DNA from: a virus
Taxonomy: Duplodnaviria > Caudoviricetes
Reading direction: 5' to 3' (one strand)
IMG/VR virus record: IMGVR_UViG_3300030372_002234
Location: 1-64,000 of that record
DNA: 64,000 nt
Shown: positions 51,763 through 62,500 of the stretch, piece after piece
Layout: each line of letters opens with the position of its first letter
Position numbering within the stretch: the stretch's first letter is position 1
The notes under the pieces: generated by a model
What the model was told of the DNA's origin: nothing
What the model saw: only the letters and a program-made list of their open reading frames with translations
Databases searched by the model: none
Position numbers and translations under genes: made by a program

Positions 51763-54700
51763 ATGCCGCCATATGATAGACGAGCAAGACAACGCGGGTT
51801 TAACACTAGACTTCCTATTTATACTTTTAGCGGAGGAGTAGGAAGACAAGCCCCGTCTAAAAGAATGCCTAGTGAAGCACAAGTATTAGACAACGCTACT
51901 CCTACGTTAGAACGATCAATTGAAAAAAGATCTGGGTCCGAACAATTATCTTGTTATACAGATATTGCATCTGATACGTTTACTAGATGGGGCGGTTTAA
52001 CTTTACCTAACGGAAGTGGGGGAATTGGTACAATAGAACCTTTAACTGCTTCTGGGGCAGCAGGAAGTAGTGTACTTAATTTTAGTTCTTCGGGTGAAAT
52101 TGAAAGTACTTTAAGATTAACCTCTACCGATGGAACTAGCGTTGATTATTTAATGGATAAATTTTCTAACTCAGGTTATTTAACCGAGAGTGTAGCATCT
52201 ATGGAATTTGTAGCTACTCCTAAACCGGGTAGTACTATTACTCTGACTTCGTATGACGGTACGGCTAAAACTTATATTGCTAAAGCTAACGGTACTGTTA
52301 CTAACGGAACCTTAGACGGCGACGGAAATGTCCAGTTTAATAACGGGTTAGAAAAAAGCCCATCTAAGTCTTTACATAACGCTGCAAAAAACTTACAAGA
52401 AGCTATTTATTCAGCGCAAGGACATAACAATAACGCAAGCGGTTCTTTAACTTTTACATCTACGGCTCAAGTAGATGAAACAATTACGTTAACGTCTACT
52501 GACGGTACTGAAATTACTTACATTGGCAAAAGCTCTGGTACTGACGGCGATTTGTCAGGATCAAACGTTATTTTTAATGTTGGATCAGATGGAATGAATT
52601 CTGCTGCTCATTTATCTGCTGCTATTAATTCTGGAAACGGTCATAACGCTGTTAACGCTGTAGCTACTGCTACGTGGACTTTTAGTGCTGGCCCCGCTGT
52701 TGGAAATACTATTCAATTATTAGGTACGACTAATTTAGGAACAACTGTTTCTAAAACGTTTAAAGCAGCCAACTCTGGCTCTAACGGAGATCTTGATGGA
52801 TCAGACGTTACATTTTTATCTGTAACTAACGCAACTATTACTGCTGAGAACCTTGCACAAGCCATTAATAATAAAAATGGGTTTGGTTCTTCAGGTTGGA
52901 TGGTTGCTACAGCTAATGCTTCAGCCGCAATAGCAACGGCTGTGTTTCGTTTTAGTGCGACTGCTACTGAAAATGCTTCGGTTAGTATTACAGATTTTAA
53001 AGGCGTTACAAAAAATTATAAAGCAGTAAGCACTGCTTCTGGGACCGCTACAGATTTTGTGCGTGGTAGTGATCGAGTTGCTTCAGCCCAAGCTTTTGCA
53101 GATTGCATTAATGCAAATCAAAGTGCAACTTTAGTAGCATACGCTAACTGGCAAGGAGCTGTAGTAGTAAAAGCACTTGCTGGAGGTACTGCTGGTAATA
53201 CTACCATTACTCCTAGTTTATCTCCCAGTTGGACAGCCGCGTGTGTAACTCCTGCTGCATTTACTGGAGGTGTTAACGGTGGTGATGTCACAGTTACTCA
53301 AGGTTTTGGAGGAACATATGGTAATACTACTATTACTGATTCCGCAGGTTTTGCTAGTGCTTGTTCTGTTGCGCCACCAGCGACGTTTACTGGAGGCACT
53401 AACACAGGCGTTAACGGAACTAAATTTACTACTAGTTTAGCGGGATCAAAAATTACTATTGCTCAGGTCGAAGAAGGATTTGGAGCAACTTCTAGAATAG
53501 TATTGTCATCTAAGTTTACTGATTCAGTTGTAGGAGCAGCTAATAGACCACCCGCTAGATTGGGTAAACTGCATGTTCCTATTACAGGTAAAACTTCTCG
53601 AATAAGATTTGAACAATGCGAAGGCGGGGACACGGGTAATAAAACAATTACGTCAAGCAGGTATTTTCCTCTTTCTGTAAAAGTAATGCCCACTGTATTT
53701 TCTAGGTCTTCTTTTACTTACTGTAATACAGGAACAAATGGAACAGATGCGGCAGAACATTTAAAAACTGCTGTAACTAGTGACTACGGCCATAACGGAA
53801 AAATTACTGGAGCAGTGTCAACAAGTCAGATTACTTTAACGCAAAACGTTGCAGGTAGTTCTGGTAATACTGCTGTTAAATACAATAAGAATTTTTCTAG
53901 TGTCTTATCAGCAAAACCCACATCTTTTTCTGGCGGAGAAGAATACAATTCTATTTTAAATAGCGAACAAATTATTCTAACTGATGCGTCAGGTAAAAGT
54001 ACTGTACTTAGTTTTGATTCTGGTATTAATAAACGAGATTCTGAATCCAATATAATTGGCACTAAAGACGTAACAACTACAGCTTTGGCTGCTGAATCTA
54101 TTGCTAACGCAATTAATCTTACTGATATAGGTATTACAGCTACTTATGAAGACTCTATTGTTACATTAACTATGGATAAATCTGGCGGTAACGGGACAAG
54201 AATCATTGCTGATGAAACCTTATTTAAAACTAAAGATTTTAGAGGGTCAATGCCAACTAGTGATCTTTTTTATTACTGGTTTTCAATTAGCGATTCTTTA
54301 AGATATTTGTTAGTAGTTAATTATAGTGCTACTGCCAGCGAAACTTTGTTTTATGTTTATAAAATTAATACAGATACTGGAAAAATTGAGGATCAGACTC
54401 CAAGAGGATCTGCTGATACAACTACGGATGAAGTATATAATTACATTACTTACATGAACGAAACAAAAACTGCTAGAGAAGCTTTAGAAGCTATTACAGT
54501 TGGAACTAATATTTATATCATTAATAAATTTGTTAAAGCTGGATATAGTTCTAATGAAGAAGGTTATTTGTTTGGCTTAGATGGTGTTGCTACTAATGAA
54601 ATTGATTACAAAGGCAAAGAAATTATCTATTATACGTCCTCTCTTGTAGATCCCGAGGGTGTTGCTTCATTGTATATTCCTAATAAAGCTTATTCGGCTG

Positions 54701-57177
54701 GTACAGAAGTGTACACGGCTACTGGTGTTTGGAAAGCTATTACTGATATTAGAGCAGAAACCTCTAATATTTTTTCAGCTACGGATAGTTCAGAAACGGT
54801 CACTCCCGCAGATCCGGGTCCGCCGGATTATTTATTCGGTAATAAAGACAGCCAAGCTGGGAGCGGTGATGCTCCTTATATTTGGTATCCTTACGCTATG
54901 GACGCAGCCGGAACTTCAGGAGTTAAGGGTACTCCCGATACAACAGGACCGGGGCGATGGTATTTCGGAGGTACAGGCGCACCCGGCACACTAGACCCGG
55001 CTACGATGACACCTTCGGTTCCAACCTCTTCTGACGAAAATCTTTTTACATGGAAAGAAACAGTTAAAACCGCGTCTGGTATTGAAGAAGTTGAGGGTGA
55101 TATTGTTTACGATCCGAATCATTCACGACGAACGTGTAAACCCCTTGCCGAAGCCTGCGGCGACACAGATGAACCAACTTGCCCAGAGTGTGGGAGTGTA
55201 GCGGATTCTAATCCGGGGGTTAGTTTTTACACCGCCTTATGGCAGTACATGCGTCCAGTCGAACAGATCCCTGTTCAGGACAACCGTTACGTTAACAGAG
55301 TCAAGCAGTATCTTGGGCAGTCATTAAGTGACTTCTCAAATGTTAAGTTACCTCCTCACCCATCAGATCCTACTGATATTATTGATAAAATCTCAGAAAT
55401 TGATAGGTACGCAGCACCTGATGGCAATAGAACAGGTGACGCTGCTAGAACCATTGGTATTCTTTATGAAGATAAATCTCCTAGTGATTATGAGCCGGGC
55501 ACTGACGGTACAAGAGGAAACAATACTACGCATGAGTTTGGGTTAGGTAAAATTCTGTTTATTGAAAACAGTTATGCTGGATTAAACCCCGGCTATTACC
55601 GTATTCGTTCAGCTACTGATAAACCTTATATTACTAAGGTCAGAACACCGTTTAAATACAGTCGTTTTGATGAACGTAGAATGCCACATAAAATAACATT
55701 TGTTCCTCCTACTGAAACAGAAAACGCTAAATGGCAAATTGTTCCAGAAGAATGGCTTATGCGTGTAAGCGGAGACGCTGAAACAAACCCCGGTCCTAAA
55801 ATCTTTGAAGACGGAAAACAAGCCGAAATTAAAGCTATGGGATTCTTTAGAAATAGACTTTGGATGGCAGGAGAAGACAAAGTATTTTCATCTAAATTAA
55901 ACGAAATTAATAATTTGTGGATTGATGATCCTACGTCGTTAACAGATGAAGATCCTATTGATATTACTTGTTCATTTAATAAGTATACAGAAGTTGTTTC
56001 GTTAACTCCGTTTGAAGAATATTTATTTGTAAACACTGGTTCAGATGTTCAGTTTACCTTAAAAGGATCTGACAATCAGATTACTCCTTTTACGGCTGAA
56101 ATTTCTCCTACGTCTTTTTATTCAACGGCACCATTAGTAAACCCTGTTTTATTAGGATCTCAAATTTATTTCTTTGATACTAGTAGATTATATGTTTACT
56201 TTAATGACAAAACTGTTTCTATTAATAACGCCATTGAAGTTAGTTATCATTGTCCTGATTATCTTCCTAAAGATGTAACTAGTACTACTGTTGTATCTCC
56301 TTATGATACTCTTCTTTTTATCGATAACGAAGATAAAAGAAACATGTATTGCTATACCAATAGGTATTCAGGAGAACAAGTAATTCAAAATGCTTTCTTT
56401 AGATACGTATTTGATAAAGAAATTGAGTCAGTTAAAAACTGGGATAACGATATCTATTCTGTTTTTACACGTAATGATAAAAACGGAAATCTTTTATATC
56501 ATATTAGCAAACAACCATTTAGAGAACAAGATCTTTCTATGCCTTTAATGGATCATAAAAAATATCTTGAAATCGATAAAGAAAATACGTCTTTTGACCC
56601 GGATAAAGATGAAACTACGTTTACGTTTTATGGTTATTATAATGATTCTATTGACACCGTTGTTATTCTAGATTCAAGTAATGTTCCTTTTGCTGTTGCA
56701 GGAGAAACAATTGAAATTCAAAGAACTACATCAGATGCTGCTAAAAGCACTGTCGTAGTCAACGGAAACTATTTAAAATACCCTAAAGCAAAAGTATACG
56801 TAGGAACAAAATATAAAACTACAATTGAGCTATCGCCTCAGTACTATAGAGACGAAGCTAACAATGTTGTAGACGGTATTTTATCACTACGGACTATGCA
56901 CATTAGACATCATAACACAGGAAACTATCGTGTTGAGGTAGAGAATAGAGGAAGAACTACTACTCCTATTGAATTCTCTTGTAAAGAAATCTCATCGCGT
57001 ACTGATTTATTACCTCTAGATTCTTATATTACTAACGGAGAAACGGTATCTAAGATTCTAGGCTTTGGAGACGAAGTAAAAATATCTTTAATATCGGATT
57101 ACATTTCTCCAATGAATATTACAAACATTGAATTAAAAGGACGATTTAACGCTACCTATAGCTCTTGGGTACGCTAA
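51763..57177 (+). CDS. Tail tubular protein B/nozzle (gp12-like), enlarged to 1804 aa by insertions
   Basis: GGVGRQA N-terminus; C-terminal GFFRNRLW, DEDPIDI, PFEEYLFV; about 700-aa repeat insertion near the N-terminus. Confidence 0.85.
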   Translation: MPPYDRRARQRGFNTRLPIYTFSGGVGRQAPSKRMPSEAQVLDNATPTLERSIEKRSGSEQLSCYTDIASDTFTRWGGLTLPNGSGGIGTIEPLTASGAAGSSVLNFSSSGEIESTLRLTSTDGTSVDYLMDKFSNSGYLTESVASMEFVATPKPGSTITLTSYDGTAKTYIAKANGTVTNGTLDGDGNVQFNNGLEKSPSKSLHNAAKNLQEAIYSAQGHNNNASGSLTFTSTAQVDETITLTSTDGTEITYIGKSSGTDGDLSGSNVIFNVGSDGMNSAAHLSAAINSGNGHNAVNAVATATWTFSAGPAVGNTIQLLGTTNLGTTVSKTFKAANSGSNGDLDGSDVTFLSVTNATITAENLAQAINNKNGFGSSGWMVATANASAAIATAVFRFSATATENASVSITDFKGVTKNYKAVSTASGTATDFVRGSDRVASAQAFADCINANQSATLVAYANWQGAVVVKALAGGTAGNTTITPSLSPSWTAACVTPAAFTGGVNGGDVTVTQGFGGTYGNTTITDSAGFASACSVAPPATFTGGTNTGVNGTKFTTSLAGSKITIAQVEEGFGATSRIVLSSKFTDSVVGAANRPPARLGKLHVPITGKTSRIRFEQCEGGDTGNKTITSSRYFPLSVKVMPTVFSRSSFTYCNTGTNGTDAAEHLKTAVTSDYGHNGKITGAVSTSQITLTQNVAGSSGNTAVKYNKNFSSVLSAKPTSFSGGEEYNSILNSEQIILTDASGKSTVLSFDSGINKRDSESNIIGTKDVTTTALAAESIANAINLTDIGITATYEDSIVTLTMDKSGGNGTRIIADETLFKTKDFRGSMPTSDLFYYWFSISDSLRYLLVVNYSATASETLFYVYKINTDTGKIEDQTPRGSADTTTDEVYNYITYMNETKTAREALEAITVGTNIYIINKFVKAGYSSNEEGYLFGLDGVATNEIDYKGKEIIYYTSSLVDPEGVASLYIPNKAYSAGTEVYTATGVWKAITDIRAETSNIFSATDSSETVTPADPGPPDYLFGNKDSQAGSGDAPYIWYPYAMDAAGTSGVKGTPDTTGPGRWYFGGTGAPGTLDPATMTPSVPTSSDENLFTWKETVKTASGIEEVEGDIVYDPNHSRRTCKPLAEACGDTDEPTCPECGSVADSNPGVSFYTALWQYMRPVEQIPVQDNRYVNRVKQYLGQSLSDFSNVKLPPHPSDPTDIIDKISEIDRYAAPDGNRTGDAARTIGILYEDKSPSDYEPGTDGTRGNNTTHEFGLGKILFIENSYAGLNPGYYRIRSATDKPYITKVRTPFKYSRFDERRMPHKITFVPPTETENAKWQIVPEEWLMRVSGDAETNPGPKIFEDGKQAEIKAMGFFRNRLWMAGEDKVFSSKLNEINNLWIDDPTSLTDEDPIDITCSFNKYTEVVSLTPFEEYLFVNTGSDVQFTLKGSDNQITPFTAEISPTSFYSTAPLVNPVLLGSQIYFFDTSRLYVYFNDKTVSINNAIEVSYHCPDYLPKDVTSTTVVSPYDTLLFIDNEDKRNMYCYTNRYSGEQVIQNAFFRYVFDKEIESVKNWDNDIYSVFTRNDKNGNLLYHISKQPFREQDLSMPLMDHKKYLEIDKENTSFDPDKDETTFTFYGYYNDSIDTVVILDSSNVPFAVAGETIEIQRTTSDAAKSTVVVNGNYLKYPKAKVYVGTKYKTTIELSPQYYRDEANNVVDGILSLRTMHIRHHNTGNYRVEVENRGRTTTPIEFSCKEISSRTDLLPLDSYITNGETVSKILGFGDEVKISLISDYISPMNITNIELKGRFNATYSSWVR

Positions 57178-57241
57178 TCGTTCTCCGGGCTGGTGTAGCC
57201 GTAAAAAGCTACATCAGTCTTATACCATTAGGGAGACATAC

Positions 57242-59539
57242 ATGGCTTTTGATAACTTACAATTTAGATCGTGTTCTTTTAACTACAATCACAACGGTAT
57301 CATCGATACCCCTGTTAACCATGTAACAACTGAAACCAAAGATATTGGTAACGGAAGTAACGCATGTTTAAAATTTGATCTTACTCCTCTTCAAACTATT
57401 TGGAATGAGGATGTTACTGTTTCTGCTCAGGTAGAATTTTATTTTCAAGCACTTGTAGTAGGAGACGCGAGTGGTAATACTACCGCTGATTCACCTTCGT
57501 GGTTAAGTAAAGTGCCTGTAGAACAACGCCAAGGTTTATTTCGTCTCCCTCGTTACTACGACTCTGGTTCAGGTATTACTAACACGGTCTATAAAGTTGA
57601 AAAATCTGAGAATGATAGATATTATTTATTCTTAGATACTACAATTGTCAAGGGCTTACATAAAACAACCCGAACAGACGGCTCCGCTATCTTAGGTTAT
57701 CCTCCTACGGGTTCAACAGAAGGCGTTGCTGTAACAGATTTATATTATCCTGAGCCTACAGTTAATGATGAATTTACAATTAAAAGATTAACACACTCTA
57801 TTACAGATTTTGTTACTTATCAAGCAGGAGGTCAGTTAACATCTAACCTATTGAACTTCCAAAAAGATCAAGAAATGTTTCTTATTCAAGAGCTTCTCTG
57901 GACTATTGAGATGGATATGCTTACGTTTTCTGATCTTTCTGGGTTTGGTTCTATTGTTACCGCTGGTAATGACGGTACTATTGATCCAACTCAGATTCGT
58001 TTATCGTTATACGAGCTTACAGATACTCAAGATCTTGAAGGCACTGCAAGTAATGTTGTTCTTTATAAAACCACTTCTCCCAATGGTACTTGGAACGAAA
58101 TTGCAAAAACAGATCTTCTTCAAATTGGGGATCTTTCTAATGTTACAGTTGATTCTAATACTTTAGCAGGAGGGCACGTTGTATTTTATGATGCTGTGTC
58201 TGGTGGATGGAAAAACGGAACAGTTAGCGATGCAACAAATTCTTGTTCTGAAAAATCTGCTAGTGTTCTTAAAATGTGTGCTGACAGTGTTGCGGCTAAC
58301 CAAGACATAGGTCTTACCGGTATTGTTACAAACAACAATACAAACTGGACTAATGTTTTAGCGGTTGACGAAGAAAAACTTCTTATGACTGCTCAAGGTA
58401 TTTCTTTGGTGCCTATTGAAGGTCTAAACAATGTTACTATTACAGGTCCATCAACTAACCAAGTTCTGTATTATGCTGCTGACGGTATTTGGAAAAACAT
58501 TAATTTAGCTAGTCTTACTACGGGCATCCTTGGTCCTGCTGGTGGAGACACGTTTAAGTTTAATTTAGATTATAACGATGCTACTGATCCTGTTAGCGGA
58601 GAATTGATTTTGTTACAATCTAACGGAACTTCAGCAGCTACTACGTGGGCTTCTACGTCGTTTATTAGAGTTAGTACCACAGATGCAAACAGTGCTGCTA
58701 TCAGTGACTGGTTAGATACATTAGGTACTGGCGACAGTGCAGTTAAAAGTCATGTTAAGTTGTTTAAAGAAGGTACTCCTGCTCAGTACGCTATTTTTAA
58801 TGTTACTGCTGTTACAAATAGCGGAGCATTTAGAACTCTTACTGTTACGCCTGTATCGTCTAACGTAAACCCAAGCGAAGATGCGGTTTTTTATCTTACT
58901 GCTTCTTACGTTGGAGATAAAGGAGAAAGAGGAGAAAACGGAACTAACGGAAGTAACGGTAGTCAAGGAATTCAAGGCGTTCAAGGTATTTCTATTGATG
59001 CTATTAGTTGCACTCTTGCTGACAGCGACACAGATTTAAAGTTTACTTTTGAAAGAGATAACCCAGCAAACGTATCTCCTGCGCCAGCGGATATTGTAGT
59101 TACTTGCGCTGATTTTAATGGAGCATCTAATGTTCAAATTTTATATATTCATCAGTATCAGATTAATTCTACTGGTTACGGTATGTATAATTACGTCTTA
59201 ACTCCAAATGCAGATGGGACTGGAACTCCTGTTAATGCTATTAATTATTCAGAAATGCTTAATACGGAAACAGGGTCGGGAGCTAACAGAATTTTTGGTG
59301 GTGTGACTTACACTCAAGTGGTAGGAGATACTACAAGAGTTGACGGTATTCACCCAGTTACAACGGATACAATTCAATTGCTTCCTATCGGTAACGGTCT
59401 GGTTACTGGAACAGGTTTAATAACAGCTACATATAAAGTTCCTGTTTTCTGTAAATCAGTAACTGGAACTCATAATGGGTTTAGTTATACTAAAGTATTT
59501 AGTGTTCCAAATATTCACTATACGAAACAATGCGGTTAA
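57242..59539 (+). CDS. Tail fibre protein (gp17-like anchor) with a short collagen-like stretch
   Basis: IKRLT…VTYQAGGQLTSNLLN…QEMFLIQE resembles the T7 fibre N-terminal domain; GDKGERGENGTNGSNGSQGIQGVQG. Confidence 0.75.
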   Translation: MAFDNLQFRSCSFNYNHNGIIDTPVNHVTTETKDIGNGSNACLKFDLTPLQTIWNEDVTVSAQVEFYFQALVVGDASGNTTADSPSWLSKVPVEQRQGLFRLPRYYDSGSGITNTVYKVEKSENDRYYLFLDTTIVKGLHKTTRTDGSAILGYPPTGSTEGVAVTDLYYPEPTVNDEFTIKRLTHSITDFVTYQAGGQLTSNLLNFQKDQEMFLIQELLWTIEMDMLTFSDLSGFGSIVTAGNDGTIDPTQIRLSLYELTDTQDLEGTASNVVLYKTTSPNGTWNEIAKTDLLQIGDLSNVTVDSNTLAGGHVVFYDAVSGGWKNGTVSDATNSCSEKSASVLKMCADSVAANQDIGLTGIVTNNNTNWTNVLAVDEEKLLMTAQGISLVPIEGLNNVTITGPSTNQVLYYAADGIWKNINLASLTTGILGPAGGDTFKFNLDYNDATDPVSGELILLQSNGTSAATTWASTSFIRVSTTDANSAAISDWLDTLGTGDSAVKSHVKLFKEGTPAQYAIFNVTAVTNSGAFRTLTVTPVSSNVNPSEDAVFYLTASYVGDKGERGENGTNGSNGSQGIQGVQGISIDAISCTLADSDTDLKFTFERDNPANVSPAPADIVVTCADFNGASNVQILYIHQYQINSTGYGMYNYVLTPNADGTGTPVNAINYSEMLNTETGSGANRIFGGVTYTQVVGDTTRVDGIHPVTTDTIQLLPIGNGLVTGTGLITATYKVPVFCKSVTGTHNGFSYTKVFSVPNIHYTKQCG

Positions 59540-59553
59540 AGGAGAACTAACCT

Positions 59554-62500
59554 ATGTCGATTTCTAATTGTAACTGCGGTGATTGTCGTGGTAGAGGTGC
59601 TTGTTGCATTAAATATATTGAAGGCGGTTTTAACGATGAAGCTTATTTTAAAATAACGCAAACTTTAGATTCCAACACTAGTTGGTTTTTAGATACAGCT
59701 ACTAATAATGCTGACGAAGTAGCACTAGAAGGAAAATCCGGTCTTCCCCCTGTTTTGTTTGATAACATGAGTCAAGGAATAACTGACGTACAAATAGATG
59801 TAGAAAAAAACGTAAACTCGGATCTTAGAACTATAAGAATTCGTTTTGCTAGTAACGACGATAGAGCGCAGTTTCAAACTAATTTAAACTCAAATTACCC
59901 TGACGAAATGTTTGCTTTAAATGTTAAAGTAAATGAATTATTTACTGATTCTGTTGAACCAACGCACGCATTTTATAGGTTAACAGATGGAGACAATAAC
60001 AAAATTGTTACAAACACTAACGTAGGCGACGTATTAACTTTTATGTGGCGAGTATCAGACATAGCGACAACCACTTTTAATACCCGAAATATAAGTTTAA
60101 ATGTAAATACAAACAGCGATGCCGTTCCTTTAATTGCCTCTTCTGCTCCGTTTACACACAGAGGTTGCGTTAATGCTAGTAATACAGAGTGTCGTAATTT
60201 ACAGACTTGTACTTTTGGTAAAGACCCTGATATTGCTTTTTATTTAGCAGGAGTTCCAACAGGAACAGCTAGTGATGATTTTATTACTAGAGAAACACAA
60301 GGAGGTTGTGTTCCTGATCCTCAAGGTAACTGTACTTCATTCCCGTGTTCGCTTCAGCGGTGTTGTGGGCCATCATCTGTAGCATGGTGTGTTGATAATG
60401 CTGAATTTTTAGAACCAGATGGTAATTGCTGCTGTTGTAAGTATCTTGCCAATTTAGCGGATACTAGTAATTGTGCAGATACTTGTAATTATGGATGTGC
60501 ATGCAATTGTTGTGAAGGTATTGGTGGTCAGGCGGATGACTGTAGCGGCGATCAGGTTTGTGATGATATAGTAGTCGGGTGTCTTAACGGACCCGGCCTT
60601 GATGTAACCTGTGATGATAATTTTCCTACTACTTGTAATTGCACTTGTCAAGGGCAAGCATGCCGTCCGGGTAGACCTTTTTGTGTCGATGGTTTTTATG
60701 ACATTCCGGGTTGCGCTTTTTGTCAAGACAGAGCAGATGAAACCGATAATTATATCTGTGTTCAAGCATCCGCTGAATGGTGTTTAGCTCAAAACAATTT
60801 ACTTAATGTAGAATGGAGTTGTTTTAACGGAGCAAAAGAGTGTGTTAATCCTGATGCTCCTGACGGCGGTAATTCGGTTTGTCCTTGTTTAGATGATATC
60901 GCATCTCCTGTTACTACTGGCATATGCGGGTGTGCTGTAGATGCGGATGGCACTTTTGTTCCAAGCTGTAGCGGCGTAGCAGGAGCTTGTCTTGCAAACT
61001 GGGCAGACGGAACACAATCAGATTGTACTTCTAATCAAAACTTCTCAGTTCAGTTTACTAATTCTGATAATGAAATTTCGGATCAATTAATTTTAGAAAC
61101 TAAAGTTCCTTATTATAATCAAATTAAGCCTACTGCATGTGGATGCGAAGGGTCTTGCTCAGAAGCAGCTACGACACCTAGAATTGGTCATTTAGATCCT
61201 TGTTTTTCTTACGGTCCTGATGATTCTGATTTAAGTTGTTGCCCTAATTGGTGTGATGGTATTTGTCCCGTATACAATAATATTACTTTTAAACGAATTA
61301 ATCATTGTAATATAACTAGTAATGTATTTTCTTGTTCTAATTGCTCAGGAGATACCCCTCCTACTCACATGGAAGGATCTCTTTTAAAATTAACGTTAGA
61401 TTTTAACGCGACTTCTGGCATTGAATTACAAAGAACTAAAAACTGGAATTCTTATGTTGCTAATACTCCTGATAATTCAACTGTAATTGTAACAGAAAAC
61501 AATGATTACACTGTTCCAAGCGATGCAATCAGCTTAGAATGGAATAATGTTTTAGGAATAAACGGATCTTTATTTGATTCTAACCAAGCTTTAATTCCTA
61601 GTCTTGTGTTTAAAACTACCACTGATAGAAATTTAGTCATGAACGATTTTTCTAACTTAAGTTCTGACTGGAAAATGCAATCTTATTGTTATTGGGATCT
61701 TAGAGAATCGTCGTATCCTGATTGGCCTTGGGGAGGAGATCAAGAAAACCCTGCTTTAGCTGATGCTAGAGATGTGTACTCTTTAATTGAAGGTTTAACG
61801 TGGGCACATAACGGTAATCATTCTATTCAAAGCGGTAAACAACTTTGGATGCGTGTTTATACTCCTAATTTAAGGGGTTTATATAAAACTCCTGTTGCGT
61901 TTAATAATTGTGATGGTTCTGCTAGTCAATATAAATACCAAATAGATCACGTATATTCAGGTAACTCTCAGTATGAACGAGGCTATACTAATACAGACTG
62001 TATTACAAAAGACGGATTAGATTGTACTAGTGATAATACCTGCAAATATGGTAATCCTTGGGAAACTATTAATGATGTGCTTAACCAAGTAGCTGGTGGC
62101 CTCAATAACACTAGTTACATTGATGCAGGAGGATCTCACATTGATCCGTCGCCCGGTGATTTCCAATTCCCCATTAAACCACATACGCATATGTTTGAAT
62201 TGTGGTTTGTAGGAGAAGCAGTTTCTGGCTGCGAACAAAATGCTAATAACGATTATACGCCTGAATTTAAATTAGCAGCAATTGTTAGAGAAGTAGCAGA
62301 CTGCTCTTCTATTAATATTGACAGATTAAACGATAACGAAAATCAATATAGACTTTATAATGATACTTGTGGTTCTTACTATTGGCAGTGTAAAGAACGA
62401 TCTACTAAGTTAAGTGTTTATACTTTAACTGATGACGGTTCTAACGAACCTTGGAATCAAGCTTTAAATACTTCTTATGTAAACGATGAAGAGGAAACTA

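Noticed and set aside
57189-57242. 11-bp hairpin and ATTAGGGAGAC before the fibre gene as a terminator or T7 promoter
   Set aside because: No U-tract after the hairpin; GGAG is simply the RBS and the upstream bases do not match the CACTATA core.
58921-58990. Gly-X-Y repeat in the tail fibre
   Set aside because: Short collagen-like stretches are common in phage fibres; listed under the feature only.
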